Source: Macrostomum lignano
Lineage: Eukaryota
Assembly (NCBI GenBank): GCA_002269645.1
Contig: NIVC01002646.1
Span: 62,001-126,000 of the forward strand
Reading direction: 5' to 3'
Length of the DNA: 64,000 nt
This document shows positions 9,645 to 24,700 of the stretch, piece by piece. The notes beneath the pieces were generated by a model, which saw only the letters and a program-made list of their open reading frames with translations, was not told the origin of the DNA and ran no database searches. Position 1 is the stretch's first letter, and each line of letters begins with the position of its first letter. The position numbers were made by a program, and so were the translations under genes.

Positions 9645-12600
9645 CAGTGTACATGTTTTATACGCGTCATATACTCTTTAAGCATATATTAGCTGACTTT
9701 TAGAGAGTTACATGTACGATCGAGTACAGTTACTTGTAAAACATGTATAGTTATGTGATTAATGTGATGTGATGTAAGGTAATGCAATACAATGTAATGT
9801 AAACCAATGATGGTATTGAAAGTGCATGTCATTTATGGAAGCTCTTCTTAAAAATTGAATGAAACTCATGAATTGTAGTTTATAGAAAAATAAAATCATC
9901 TTCGAATCATTAAAGTTTCTGGCAAAATGTCATTGATGCAAGTTAATTACGAAAGAACCAAGTTTTTCTTTATTAAAATCATCTACACCTAAGTTTGTTA
10001 AATTGTAAACTAAGATTAGACGGATTACTTTTCAGCACGCGTAAAATTTTCATTGTGTGCCTAAAAGTTCTTAAGCACACATTCTTAAGCATACATGCCC
10101 ACATTTCAAAGTAAAATTTGCTCGTAAGTTTTGCAATGAATAGTAGTAATAAAGCATGTAAGTGAAAAATAAAATGACTTTTAACGTTAAAAACGTAAGA
10201 ACTATTATAGTTGCGAAGTGTCTTTGATTTAATCGCTTAAAAGCATATTAATATTTTCAAAATCACCTGTCGAGCCGGTAGAAATATAAATTAGATCCTT
10301 GGAACGAACACAGGAAACTTTCGGCCCAACTTACTATTTTAAATAAACAGGCGCAAGAGCCAATTTTAAAACGGCTGACGCGCGGCCCGGTGAGCTGTCT
10401 GCTTGACTCTCCCGTGGCAAACTTATTAACGAACGAGGAAACTTTCGGCAACTAGCCTTACCATCAGGCATCAGCCATCGCCATGCCTAATTCCTACTAA
10501 CGTATCTACGACTGCTATACGAGTAATAATAATTCTTTTGCATTTGGGCAAATAATATAAATTGACTAGGTTCAATTGCTTTCACGCGTACTCTACATGT
10601 ACTAGACAAATCTAGTTAGATCAATCAAGCCGATGCCCGATGGCTATGGTTAGACCTATATTTGTCATTTGTGCTTTAACTTAACATTTCTTAATTAGCA
10701 TCGTTAGGTAGGACCTATGCCTATGGACGATTCGGAGCGCTGCCCAGGGCCTGAGTATAGTCTCTGTGCAGGCTAGTAGGGGCCTATTGTAATTATTTAT
10801 ATAACTGCAATTTAATAAATTATAGCTAGATAGATAGATCAATGAATAGTACTAGTATAGGCCTATTTAATCATCAGTTATCTAGTAGATATCAATCATA
10901 ATTGACAAAGAGCCAAAATATGTGGATCAATGTTGGCTTTTCTAATTCAACATAGGTCTAGGTGCAATGCATTGCCATTAGACTTGTATTTATTTTGTAG
11001 CATAACTAGGGCCTATTCTATAGTTTTGTTTGTTAAATTATTTTGACTCTAGAAAAAAAATCTACAAACTATTTTTAGCACAAAAACTAATTTTAAGAGA
11101 CTAATGATTAAACACTAATTTGAATAAATATCTATTACTAATATTAGGCTTAGTTTCATTAACACTTATTGTAATTTTCAATTTGGCCTAAAAAGCTCAA
11201 GTTTAAAAAAGATAAGACTTTTTTATGACTTTTTGTTTTTTTCTAGCCAATTGGCATGCTTTCAAGTTTTATCAGTTCATCATTTATACCATAGTTTGAA
11301 TTGTGTTGTGTATTAGTATAGGTATAGGCCCTATGGCTATGCTGGGTCTAGTAGGGGAAAAAGTATAGGACCACATTTGTATGCCAGTATTAAAAAGTTT
11401 TCAACTATGTACACTGAAGTTGTACACTTTTTTCATTTTTGAACCTATTATTCCTGCATAATTAAAAACTAGAAACTATGGACTTTTTAATGTGCAACGA
11501 GAAAATAGGCCTACAATTATAAAAGAAGTACGTTAAATATTTTTTGCTAAAAATGAAAAAAAAAATTAAATTTGTTTTTTTTTCTATGTTCCATAATGAT
11601 AGTGTTGCATATAGTCTATTCTATATAAAGTCATTTTATTTGATCCTAACATATATATAGGTATATCATAGATATAAGCCAAAATTTTCCACTGTGTCAT
11701 TAGTCATATATGCTAGGATGTAATATGTATGTTGATGTATGTTGAAAAATGGCAAGTTCCCTTGTTGCTGTATACCGGGAAATCCCAGTATACATGTTGC
11801 CTTCCAAACTATGGCATTTATAGAGTCTAGTGACTTAGTAAGATTTTAAAATGTTCAATTTTCATGTTTTTGTTGTTATTCTTAGGTAGATCTAATTTGT
11901 ACAAGTAAATAGACATCTCATTTGTAAAAATTGATTTAGAAATAAAAAAGTTATGACTATTTTATTGTGATAATTTCTTTGATTTTTATGGTATATTTTT
12001 TTTCAATAACAACTATGATTTGTTAATTTAAATATTAATTGAATAAATTAAGTAGAAAAAAGCAAGTCAAAAATGGTACAAACATTTTAAAAAGAAACAA
12101 ATAACAAAAGTAAATAAAATAGTAAGATTATGTAAAAGAAAAAGAAAAATCATATTTTTAAATATAAAAAACTTTTTAGTAAAAAACTTTTTTATTTCAA
12201 TTCTTTTGAACTGTCTTGTTCATTTTTATATTTGTTTTCTTCATTTTTAGGTGTATACTTTGTTCCCAATCCAATAGCAATATTGATATACATAATGTTA
12301 GGGGGTGCAATCTTTGTAGCCTTTTCCAGGTGAATCCAGGTAAGTTTTATAAAAAATTGCTATAGCTATTCAATGTAGAATATTATGCCAAAATTCTACA
12401 TTGATAAGTCATAGGTGGAAAGTAGTAGCACAATGTTTACTATTGAGCTTTATTGCAGCCAGTATTGAGGCTAACATTATAAAGAGAAAAGTTGTGGCAC
12501 AATCTCAATTAGAATTATTCAGTTAATAAGATTTTGACCATTTCTAGCCTCCATTAAAAGCATTGGAAAAACTCTTTCAAATATTTTACCATCTTCCCAT

Positions 12601-13628
12601 TCAAATTTTTCAATGCAATTATTTCCACATAATCCACAAGAATTTCCATTTGAATAAAGCAAGTTTTTAAAAATTGGTTTAGGCGTTCAGGCTATAGACT
12701 GAAATATTAGTCAGACAAACCTTAGACATTTAGTTTATTGTGAGTGATAATAGAAATCTCAATCAAGGAAAAAGACTTGAAAATTAATTATATATTTTTT
12801 TCACTGTTGTTTTTGGTCAAAAGGTTTATGATATCTTGATTTATAACTATGGCACACATTGAAATCTTTTTTGGAAACTTAATGATAAAACTTATAATTG
12901 TTTATAAATTTAAATTGCATTTTTATGTAAACTATGTAATTTCTACATATTTTATAAGCTATATGACATTTTAGTGACATTAATATTTCCATTATTTAAA
13001 CTTTAATTTAGGTTAATTTAAACTAAAATCAATATTCAATGAAGTAAAAATAATATTATTTAATAATTTTCAAAATAGAAATGCAAATGTTATTTTTTTT
13101 CTTAAATTTATCATATACCTAGATAGATGAAATTTTTTTAGCATATTAGATATACTTATAAATTGTGCAAAGCTGAAAGTTTGACAAAGCCAATAGACTT
13201 CTTTCTCTTACTTTTAATTTTTAGCCAAAGACCAACCTTTAACTTAAATGTCCATTTTTCAATGTCTTTTGTAGATGTGATTTAAGCCCATTGTGATCCA
13301 AATTATACATGTACATGTATAAGATTTAAATATCCAATAAGAAAATAGTTTTTTAATGTAACCATCTTCTAAACTGTATATTAGAGGTTCTGCTTCTGAT
13401 TATTTGTAAAACTTGTTTATCCACCATTTCTGCCCGTGAATCTGCTACACAACTTGGCCATCATACAAAATTGTCAACCTTTAGCTCAGGCAATTTGGAA
13501 AAAAACTTTTCCAACTGAGAAAATTGAGCTGCCAAATCACTCATTATTTTGAGTTCAATGCACTGCAGCTGAAGCTTTATTGACTTATTTTTGCTGATTC
13601 TGTGTGCCTGTTCAAACAGCCAGCTTCC

Positions 13629-16600
13629 ATGTTTAACAACGATTATAACGACCTAATTAAGATTCTGCGTATTCCAAGTCATGAGAGAACTGACGAGGTA
13701 ATTGGTTATGCATGTGTACCATTTGTACTTTTGATTTACGAAGATATGGTCGAGATATTAATTTACTGCGTAGATAACAACCATTGGCTCAAAGTATGAG
13801 TTTATTTTTAGACATTAGCATAGCCCAGTGTCTTATGCTATGTCGCTGTGAACTAATTGCTTAAAATAATTGATAAGAAATATGCATTTTTAGCAGTTAG
13901 AATGTATCAGTATTTTATTGTAGCTCTGGTGTGTCATTTTTGTGTCATTTGTTCTGTCCTTCTCTCCCGCCCCTACCTACCAAATCTACTGCCTTTCTAC
14001 CCTATTCTCTTTCCGCCCTCTACCATATCTACCCTATTCCCTTCCACCCCCTACCATATCTACCCTATTCCCTTCCACCCTACCATATCTACCCTATTCC
14101 CTTCCACCCCCTACCATATCTACCCTATTCCCTTCCACCCCCTACCATATCCACCCTATTCCATTCCGCCCTCTACCACATCTAACCTATTGTCTTTCCG
14201 CCCCCTCTACCATATTCTAAGGGTCTTTCCGCCCCCTCTACCATATTCTACCCTATTGTCTTTCCGCCCCCTCTACCATATTCTACCCTATTGTCTTTCC
14301 GCCCCTTCTACCATAGTCTACCCTATTGTCTTACCGCCCCCTCTACCATAGTCTACCCTATTGTCTTACCGCCCCCTCCACCATATTCTACCCTATTGTC
14401 TTTCCGCCCCCTCTACCATATTCTAGCCTATTGTCTTTCCGCCTTTTCTACCATATTCTACCCTATTGTCTTTCCGCCCCCTCTATCATATTCTACCCTA
14501 TTGTCTTTCCGCCCCCTCTACCATATTCTACCCTATTGTCTTTCCGCCCCCTCTACCATATTCTACCCTATTGTCTCTCCGCCCCTCTACCATATTCTAG
14601 CCTATTGTCTCTCCGCCCCTCTACCATATTCTAGCCTATTCTCCTAACGTAGGATCTGTTGAACAAGTGAGTGCATAAATTTTGAGTTATGTAGAGTTTT
14701 TGTTACATTTTTGCACCGGAATAAGCAGGTACATTAAATATCTATAATTATCTGTGCGTTCACTGCTTCGAATATTAATAGAATTCTTAGTCACTAAGCT
14801 TTGTGTGGTAGATTTCAATTTCTAAATTTGGGGTTTGGCATATCAGTAAACAGAGCCTTAGAAATTGGAAACAGATTCTGCATTAGCGTATGATTTGTTT
14901 ACATTTTTAACATCATGATTACATTGTAAGTCATCGCTTTAGAGATTGTACAGTTTAAATGCAATGCACACGAATTAATTAAAAAGTGAAATGCTTCTAT
15001 TTCTACTTATAAGTAGACTACTGGTCTGAAATGCTTAATTAATGATTTTTCATGTAAAAATGTTCGCAGGAGCACGACTATCTGTTTGCATTTCTGCGCA
15101 GCATTGACGAATTGAAGCACTACAGAGAGAATTTGTTAAAGTCAATCGCTTGGATTATTAGACACGAAGAATACCCGGTGCCAAATACTGTTATCTACAG
15201 GTAAGCTAAAGTATGCAGTTTATCTAGCTATGCTACTTATTACTCGTTAAACCAGTAGTTATGCGAAAATTTTGATTTCTATTTTTAGCAATGGCAGTCG
15301 AATCACTTGCTGGTATATTCTATTGTCTGGTTCCATTTTTCTTGGCGGAAAAATGTTTTTGCCAACTACTTGGTGAGTTTTTCTGTGTTTTATTGTGCTT
15401 TGTGAGTTTTTTAGGAAGGGGAGGGAGAGGATAGAGGGCGGAGAGGGAGAGGATATGGGGCGGAGAGGGAGAGGATAAGGGGCGGAGAGGGAAAGGATAG
15501 GGGCGGAGAGGGAGAGGATATGGGGCGGAGAGGGAGAGGATAAGGGGCGGAGAGGGAAAGGATAGGGGGCGGAGAGGGAGAGGATATGGGGCGGAGAGGG
15601 AGAGGATAAGGGGCGGAGAGGGAAAGGATAGGGGGCGGAGAGGGAAAGGATAGGGGGCGGAGAGGAAAAGGATAGGGGGCGGAGAGGGAGAGGATATGGG
15701 GCGTAGAGAGGGAGAGGATAGAGGGCGGAGAGGGAGAGGATAAGGGGCGGAGAGGGAGTGAATAGGGGGCGGAGAGGGAGAGAATAGAGGGCGGAGAGGG
15801 AGATGATAAGGGGCGGAGAGGGAGTGGATAGGGGGCGGAGAGGGAGAGGATAGGGGGCGGAGAGGAAGAGGATAGAGGGCGGAGAGGGAGAGGATAAGGG
15901 GCGGAGAGGGAGAGGATAGAGGGCGGAGAGGAAGATGATAAGGGGCGGAGAGGGAGTGGATAGGGGGCGGAGAGGGAGAGGATAGGGGGCGGAGAGGGAG
16001 AGGATAGGCGGCGGATAGAGAGAGGATAGGGGCGGAGGAGGGGATAGGGGGGCGGAGAGGGAGAGGATAGGGGGCGGAGGAGGGGATAGGAGGGCGGAGA
16101 GGGAAAGGATAGGCGGCGGATAGAGAGAGGATAGGGGGCGGAGGAGGGGATAGGGGGCGGAGAGGGAGAGGATAGGGGGCGGAGAGGAAGAGGATAGAGG
16201 GCGGGGAGGGAGAGGATAAGGGGCGGAGAGGGAGAGGATAGAGGGCGGAGAGGAAGATGATAAGGGGCGGAGAGGGAGAGGATAGGGGGCGGAGAGGGAG
16301 AGGATAGGCGGCGGATAGAGAGAGGATAGGGGCGGAGGAGGGGATAGGGGGGCGGAGAGGGAGAGGATAGGGGGCGGAGGAGGGGATAGGAGGGCGGAGA
16401 GGGAGAGGATAGGCGGAGGAGGGGATAGGGGGCGGAGAGATAGAGGATAGGCGGCGGATAGAGAGAGGATATGGGGCGGAGAGGGAGAGGATAGGCGGAG
16501 GAGGGGATAAGGGGCGGAGAGATAGAGGATAGGCGGCGGATAGAGAGAGGATATGGGGCGGAGAGGGAGAGGATAGGCGGCGGATAGAGAGAGGGTAGGG

Positions 16601-18725
16601 GGCGGAGAAGGGGATAGGGGGCGGAGAGGGAATCAGACACAAGGGTTAGTGTAGAGTTAAACAATATTAAATTGCAAAGGACCAATTGACCATGCAATTG
16701 GATTCTTGTGCAATAATCTGCAAATTAATAAACAAGAATTACAATTTTTTGCACTGACTGTTTAGTAAAGCCTTAGTTTAGTATTAAATAGCATGCAATG
16801 TATATCCATATGTATACATAATGTACTGCAGCTGGCTTTTCACTGGCTGTTTCTGCTTCCAGTCAGTCTCTCTCCCTCAGCTCTCGGCCTGCAATATCGG
16901 ATACCCCGTGCCCCGTCCCACCGCCCTAACCAATGTATATTAAAGTTTAGCTTTCACCTTACACTATCTGGCACGGCATGATAGCGAGTGACTTAGTCAG
17001 TAAGCCGTGGTTATACTTGATGCGTATTATCTATAGATTTTAATACGCTTAGTTGAAATTAGTATTGAATAAAAATATAACAGCTTTTTATTGAGAATTT
17101 TTGGTAAGTTTTATCACGATTTTTATAAAAAAATTATTTGTTCAGAATCATATTTCGACTGGTTTATGAACAGCAGTTACTAACGTCAGGATCATAAAAA
17201 GTATTTTTGGGTTTTTTATGACGCATCAAAGTTTTTATCTCTGTCTGGCAATGTCATAAACAAAGTACTTTTGCTAGGGAGGGGGGGGGGGTTGGGTAAT
17301 TATTCAAGATTACTCTTTACCGAAGTTGCCATCGTGTTCCCTTGCAGAGATACAGTCTCTATAAAAAATTCCCTTAAACGAATCGCCCCTACAAAAAAAG
17401 ATTCCCCTCTCAGAAGAATGGCACCTACAAATAGATTCCCCTCTCAGAAAAATCGCCCCTACATAAAGATTCCCCTCTCAGAAAAATCGCCCCTACATAA
17501 AGATTCCCCTCTCAGAAAAATCGCCCCTACAAAAAGATTCCCCTCTCAGAAGAATCTTCCTTAGAAAAAGATTCCCCTCTCAGAAGAATCGCCCCTACAA
17601 AAAGATTCCCCTCTCAGAAGAATCGCCCCTTAGAAAAAGATTCCCCTCTCAGAAGAATCGCCCCTTAGAAAAAGATTCCCCTCTCAGAAGAATCGCCCCT
17701 TAGAAAAAGATTCCCCTCTCAGAAGAATCGCCCCTACAAAAAGATCCCCCTCTCAGAAGAATCGCCCCTACAAAAAGATCCCCCTCTCAGAAGAATCGCC
17801 CCTTAGAAAAAGATTCCCCTCTCAGAAGAATCGCCCCTACAAAAAGATCCCCTCTCAGAAGAATCGCCCCTACAAAAAGATTCCCCTCTCAGAAGAATGT
17901 GAATATTCCCCGCCCTCTAACACAACCACCGCAGCTTCGGCCGCCGCATCGGCAGAGACACCTACAGACGTGAGGACTGCATCTGTTTGGAGGCCTGCGA
18001 CCTACTTGTGGTAAGCGCCTCGGGCTGATGATAGAACGCACAGACGCAGAGAAATGTGATAACTGACGCTTTAAAATTTGCATGCAAAAATAGATCAAAG
18101 AGGCCGGCGTGCCTTTGTAAGCGAAGGGCTGCAGAGAATTGCCGAAAAATCGATATTATAATATTCGCACGTTTATACATCGTGCCGCCTGAAGTCTACA
18201 TATATATAGAACTGCAGAGCTTGTATCGTATTACTACTGTCTATTATTAATTAGCTATATATTCGAACTATTTCAGTACAGTATATTGATAGATAGCTTA
18301 ATTTATTTCTGTAATTTTTCACGCGTCACCTTATAGATTGACACGCCAGATCTGGAGCAGAGGCCTGTAGTGGCTCTTGATCGCGTGTACAACCCTAGTG
18401 GTATTGTCAGTCCTAGCAACCCGACTTCCGGTGCCGTCGCTGCTGTTGGTGGCGTCCCATCGTTGGCTGGCCTCGATCCCAGAGCTGCAGCTATGATGCA
18501 GCAGCAGCAACAGTATCCTAAGGTAGGCTTTTGCATTATTGGCATCCCTAATATGATTGCATTGAGATTTACATGGTCTGAATATGAATACACACTCTTA
18601 TGTATGCGTATTGAGTGCCTGTGTAGTGTCCATCTGTCTGTCTGTAGTGTCCGTCTGTCTGTCTGTAGTGTCTATCTGTCTGTCTGTCTGTCTGTAGTGT
18701 CCGTCTGTCTGTCTGTCTGTTTAGC

Positions 18726-18794
<69 letters not shown>

Positions 18795-21700
18795 GCAGTT
18801 CAACGCTGAAGTCTGTGCAGGCTGTGCTGCGTGACCATATTTTGAATACACATTCTCAAGTCCGTCAGGTCCATCTAGCTGTCTATAGAGTCTGCCAGGT
18901 CTGTGCTGGCGTATGCTGTTTCATCAGGCATGCTAATTCCATCCTTCTTCATCTCTCCCGCAGCTGCTGAACCATCAGGAGACTCTGCTAGCCCGCCTAA
19001 GCGATTCCTCAGTTGCCAAGCGGATGTCGCACAGCTCAGACACATCGTCAGCCTACTCTGGCAGCGGCGAATTGGACAGCTCCGTACAGAATTATGACAG
19101 TGATGAAGAGCTTCATCAGCAGATGCGGATGCTGGACGCTGATTCGGCTCACGGGGTTCAAGTGACGCCCGACCTGCCTAGGCGGAGTCCCCTACTAATT
19201 GCCCTAGAAAAGGACCCAACTGAAAGGTCAAATGAGGACATCGAATTATTGCTAGACTCCTTTCAACGTTTGCATGCGTTCTCAAATTTCACTCGAGCTA
19301 CTCAGAGGCAATTCGCCGGCTGCATGCTGTACGCGGTGGTTGAGAAACCTGGACAGGTTGTACTGGATGACGGAGAGAAGCTGGACTCTTGGTCCGTTAT
19401 TGTTGATGGCGAAGTGGAGATTCAACGGCCTGGCAACGCGCCCGTGCAGCTGCACTGCGGCGATGCCTTCGGAGTGAAGCCGACTACTGAGCGGCAGCAC
19501 CACGTGGGGGTCATGCGGTCGCTGGTGCCCAACTGCCGGTTCGCCTTCATCACTCAGGTTGGTTGCTGCTGGGACTGCAGCTGGTTGTTTTTAACGCGTC
19601 TCAGCTTGAGATTTCTAAGTGTCTCATCCTGAGATTTCTAAGTGTCTCACCTTGAGATTTCTAAGTGTCTCACCTTGAGATTTCTAAGTGTCTCACCTTG
19701 AGATTTCTAAGTGTCTCACCCTGAGAGGGATTTCCTAGCCAGCCTCCCAGATCTTCAGTTGCTGGGCCAGCCTCCCAGATCCTCAGTTGCTAGGCCACCA
19801 GCCTTCAGATCCTCAGTTGCTGGGCCACCAGCCTTCAGATCCTCAGTTGCTGGGCCACCAGCCTTCAGATCCTTAGTTGCTGGGCCACCAGCCTCCCAGA
19901 TCCTCAGTTGCTGGGCCAGCCTCCCAGATCCTCAGTTGCTGGGCCAGCCTCCCAGATGCTCAGTTGCTGGGCCACCAGCCTTCAGATCCTCAGTTGCTGG
20001 GCCACCAGCCTTCAGATCCTCAGTTGCTGGGCCACCAGCCTCCCGGATCCTCAGTTGCTGGGCCAGCCTCCCAGATCCCCAGTTGCTGGGCCAGCTACCC
20101 AGATCCCCATCAGTTGCTGGGCCAGCCTCCCAGATCCTCAGTTGCTGGGCCAGCCTCCCAGATCCCCATCAGTTGCTGGGCCAGCCTCCCAGATCCTCAG
20201 TTGCTGGGCCAGCCTCCCAGATCCTCAGTTGCTGGGCCAGCCTCCCAGATCCTCAGTTGCTAGGCCAGCCTCCCAGATCCTCAGTTGCTGGGCCAGCCTC
20301 CCAGATCCTCAGTTGCTGGGCCAGCCTCCCAGATCCTCAGTTGCTGGGCCAGCCTCGCAGTTCACGAGTTAATGACCCCCTCATCCACCGTACTCAGGAG
20401 CAGTACTGCAAGGTGCTCTCAGCCGAAGCGGAGAACACCATAGAGATTCGAGCCTCTGACGGCAGTCTGCAGCTGGTGAAGGAGATCCGCACGCTGGAGT
20501 CGGGTACGCTTAAAAAGCAGCAGACGATAATTCGAGGCACGCCGCAGGCGCTCATCGATCAGCTGCTGGAGTGCCGCGGTGGTTCCTCGGCCGACCCGAA
20601 CTATGCCGACGACTTCCTGTTGACTTATCGCACCTTCTTGGACAGCGGCCTGCCGGTGGCCCAGCGGCTCCTTGAAGGCCTTGGCTGCGGTGGCGAACAG
20701 GCCAGCCGTGCTGTCCGAGTGTTCCTGCTGTGGACCAACAATCATTTCAACGACTTCGACGATTCCAGCGAATTGTTTCGAATATTGCAACACTTCGACA
20801 GGCAGTTGGAACGCCGGGAGGAGACTCGAGGACCGCAGAATCTGCTCAGAATTGCCTGCTCGACAAAGTCGCGATTGAGAAAAGCGGCCTGCCCTGTGGT
20901 TAACAGTGGGGCCAGGTTTCATCTGGGCGAACGGCTGTGTTACGTTCGAGACGTGATTGACAGCAGTCCGGCTGCTCTGTGCGGTCTACGGTCCGGCGAT
21001 CGAGTCGTGTCCATTGGTGGTCAGCCTGTGGAGCAGATGCCGCTGGTGCGACTGAAGAGCCTGCTGCAGGTACGCTGTGCTTGATATGGGAGGAGGGGGG
21101 CAAATATTTGTGCACTTAGTGCCATTTTGTAAACCTAATAGTGCCATTTTTAATTAAAGGTGCCATTTTTAAACTAAGGGTGTCATTTTTAAACTATGGT
21201 TGTCATTTTTAAACTAAAAGTGCCGTTTTTAAACTATAAGTGCCATTTTAAACTATGGGTGCCGTTTTTAAACTATAAGTGCCATTTTTAAAACTATGGG
21301 TGCCATTTTTAAAACTATGGGTGCCATTTTAAAAACTATAGGTGCCATTTTTAAAACTATAGGTGCCAAACTATTGGTGGTATTTTTGAAACTATGGGTG
21401 CCATTTTCTAAACTATGGGTGCCATTTTTGAAACTATGGGTGCTATTTTTAAAACTGTAGGTGCCATTTTTTAAACTATGGGTGCCATTTTCAAAACTAT
21501 GGGCGCCATTTTAAACTAAGGGTGCCATTTTTGAAACTATGGGTGCTATTTTTAAAACTGTAGGTGCCATTTTTTAAACTATTGGTGCCATTTTCAAAAC
21601 TATGGGCGCCATTTTAAACTAAGGGTGCCATTTTTGAAACTATTGGTGCCATTTTCAAAACTATGGGCGCCATTTTAAACTAAGGGTGCCATTTTTGAAA

Positions 21701-24700
21701 CTATGGGTGCCATTTTCTAAACTATGGGTGTCATTTTCTCAACTATGGGTGTCATTTTTGAAACTATGGGTGCCATTTTTTACTATGGTAGCCATTTTTA
21801 AATTATGGGTGGGTGCCATTTTTAGACTAGGGGTGCCATTTGTAAACTATAGGTGCCATTTCCAGACTATGGGTGCCATTTCCAGACTATGGGTGCCATT
21901 TCCAGACTATGGGTGCCATTTTTTTGTTTTGATTTTACCAAACCTATCATTTGGTAATCATTATTGATAATAATCAATTGTTATTATCAATAACAATTGA
22001 TAATAAGTTTCAAATTGATAATCATTATCATCCCTCCCACCACCAGCCGTCGCATCAGCAACAGTCTGACGCTAAACTCGACTTGACAGTTCGTTGGGAT
22101 CCGCTAAATTTTTATAAACTGTTGCTGGCCTCCAATGCATCGGCCACAGCAGCTGGTGGAGGCCATCAGGACTCGGGGAATGGCGGCAGCAGCAGCAGCG
22201 GCGGCGGCTCACTCGGCAGAGCCACAGGCCGTCAGCTGGTTCCTGGCAAAGCTGGTAGCGACACCGGAGCAGCGGAGAAGGTTGCCGCCTCTGCTGCAGG
22301 TACATCTGGAGGTCACGCTCTGAAGGGATCGACCTCCAATCCAGATTTAAGCGCCGGTATTGGCAGTGTCAGTGGCGTAGCCGATCAGCCGGATCACGTG
22401 ATCCGTGTCTTCAGACCCGACGGTGCGTTTAAACTGTTGTGCATCAACCAGGAGACTACGGCTAGAGAAGTTGTGATGCTGTCTATGCAAGAGTTCGGAT
22501 TGCACGGCTCAAGCAATGAGTATAAACTCATGGAGATTAGCGTCAATGCTGGGCCGCTGATCCGGCGGAAGACCCTGTCGGATAATCTGCAAGACCTTGG
22601 CAACCGGCTAGCGTTGAACGCTCGCTACTATGTTAAACAGCAGAATGAGCTGGCGCACCAGTTCCTGTCAGATGCGGATGCTCAGGATGTGCTCAGGGAG
22701 GCTGCTGTGGACTTTTTGCAGGTGAGCTCTGCTTATTGCTTAGCTGATACCCACTTGAACATTTTGCTTGGTTAAATAATTTTGCTAAAAAATAGCTAAT
22801 TTACATAGATAGTGGCCAGTTTACATGAATATTGGCCAATTTACATGCTTAATAGCCAATGTACATAATTGGCCAATTTACATGAATATTAGCCAATTTA
22901 CATGAATATTAGCCAATTTACATGAATATTAGCTAATTTACATCAATATTTGCCAATTTACATGAATATCGGTCAGTTTACATGAATATTGGCCCATTTT
23001 CATGAATATTAGCCAATTTACATGAATATTGGCCAATCTACATGAATATTAGCCAATTTACATGAATATTAGCTAATCATAATTTAGCTACATAATCATG
23101 ACTGATAATTTACATGGATATTAGCCAATTTACATTAATAGTGACCAATTTACAAGCATATTGGCCAGTTTGCATTAATTTTGGCCAATTTGCATAGATA
23201 ATTAACGAGAAAATCAGGCAGTTTACAAAAATAGTATTAATCAAATGAATGACTCATCAATAATCATGGTTAACTTTTTATTTATTCAGAATAATAATAA
23301 AGCCTTTTATATATGTATTTGAGGTTAATACCCGTTTCCCAGACTTTTTCCTCTGGAATCATAGCGCGTAAAAGATTATATAAGATGTATAATTATTGCA
23401 CAGAATCCCTGCTAAACCCTCAGATACTTGTAACTTCTGCCCTTGGTGTCCTGACTTGCCACTGTTATAGTGCATGCAGCTGTATATCACGCACACACAC
23501 ACGCGCCTCGCACTAACTGGGTTCTAGAACTAATCCCACGACTTAAACCCCTCCTCTATCAAGTCTTTTCCATTCCCTCTTTTTCTATTGATGACTCATC
23601 TTGCTATACATCAGTGCCAGGTGCCGGAGGTCCACTCCGCCCATTTCTGATCCTAGCCCCCCCCCCCTCTAGTTCAACTCGGGATGGGACTTCTACCTAT
23701 GACTGTAGTTGTGTAAGGAAAAAATGTTTTTATCTACCTGTTTTTTGGGGTGAAAAGTGAGAGAGAGAAATGCGAAAGACTGACATATTTTTTCGTTTTG
23801 TACCTGGCACTAGATAGGTCTGCTTGAATAGTGATGTAGAGTAGGCTACTTCTACACATATTGTTTATGTTTAATAAGCAGTAATGACTGATAAAACTTA
23901 TTATTTTTTAGAAATTTTTAATGCCTACGAATTCATTATCAAAAGTCGATTCGTATGAATAACAGAGAGGGGGGAGAGAGGTAGTTAGGAGAGAGGAAGA
24001 TAGGAGATTTAGGGGAGAGGGGAGATAGGAGAGAGGAAGATAGGAGATTTAGGGGAGAGGGGAGATAGGAGAGTTAGGAGATAGGAGAGTTAGGAACGAG
24101 GAGAGATAGTTGAGTTAGGAGAGAGGAGAGAGGAGAGAGGGAGATAGGAGAGAGGAAGATAGGAGATTTAGGGGAGAGGGGAGATAGGAGAGTTAGGAGA
24201 TAGGAGAGTTAGGAACGAGGAGAGATAGTTGAGTTAGGAGAGAGGAGAGAGGGAGATAGGAGAGTTAGGAGAGGGACATAGGAGAGTTAGGAGAGAGGGA
24301 GATAGGAGAGTTAGGAGAGAGGGGAGATAGGAGAGATAGGAGATTGGAGAGATAGGAGAGAGGGGGGGGTAGAAGAGAGGAGAGATGGGATAGAGTGAGA
24401 TAGGAGAGAAGGGGATAAGAGAGAGGGAGAGAGAATAAAATAGAAGTGATTGGTTTAAAGGCAAAAAAGGAGTCGATTTCAAAACTTTGAGCAGTCTGTT
24501 CCAGTTTCCCAATTAATTTACATGCTATAGGTTGCGACAAAATCGGCTCTATACCGATATGTATCGAAACGCCTAACAAACCTTATACACCTAACAATTA
24601 ATCCCAGCTGGATCCGCAAGAGGTAGCTATGCGCATCACTACAGAAGACTTCAACGTGTTCCAACGAATCCTGCCTACCCACCTGGTGGACTGGTGGCAC

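Larger units (their letters stand above)
8774..9677. mobile_element. ~0.9 kb insertion flanked by 17-bp direct repeat, unclassified
   Basis: TTAAGCATATATTAGCT at 8757-8773 and 9678-9694. GC-rich body, (TTG)n near the right end, no recognisable ORF. Confidence 0.55.

Noticed and set aside
12370-12404. 12-bp inverted repeat TCAATGTAGAAT/ATTCTACATTGA (similar cases at 13811-13844, 15002-15017, 47686-47717)
   Set aside because: No flanking direct repeat, so not counted among the footprints.
16867-16945. Candidate RAPGEF exon (LGLQYRIPR...)
   Set aside because: Phase and donor are poor; 17935-18010 (CFGRR...CICLEACDLLV) fits phase and homology.
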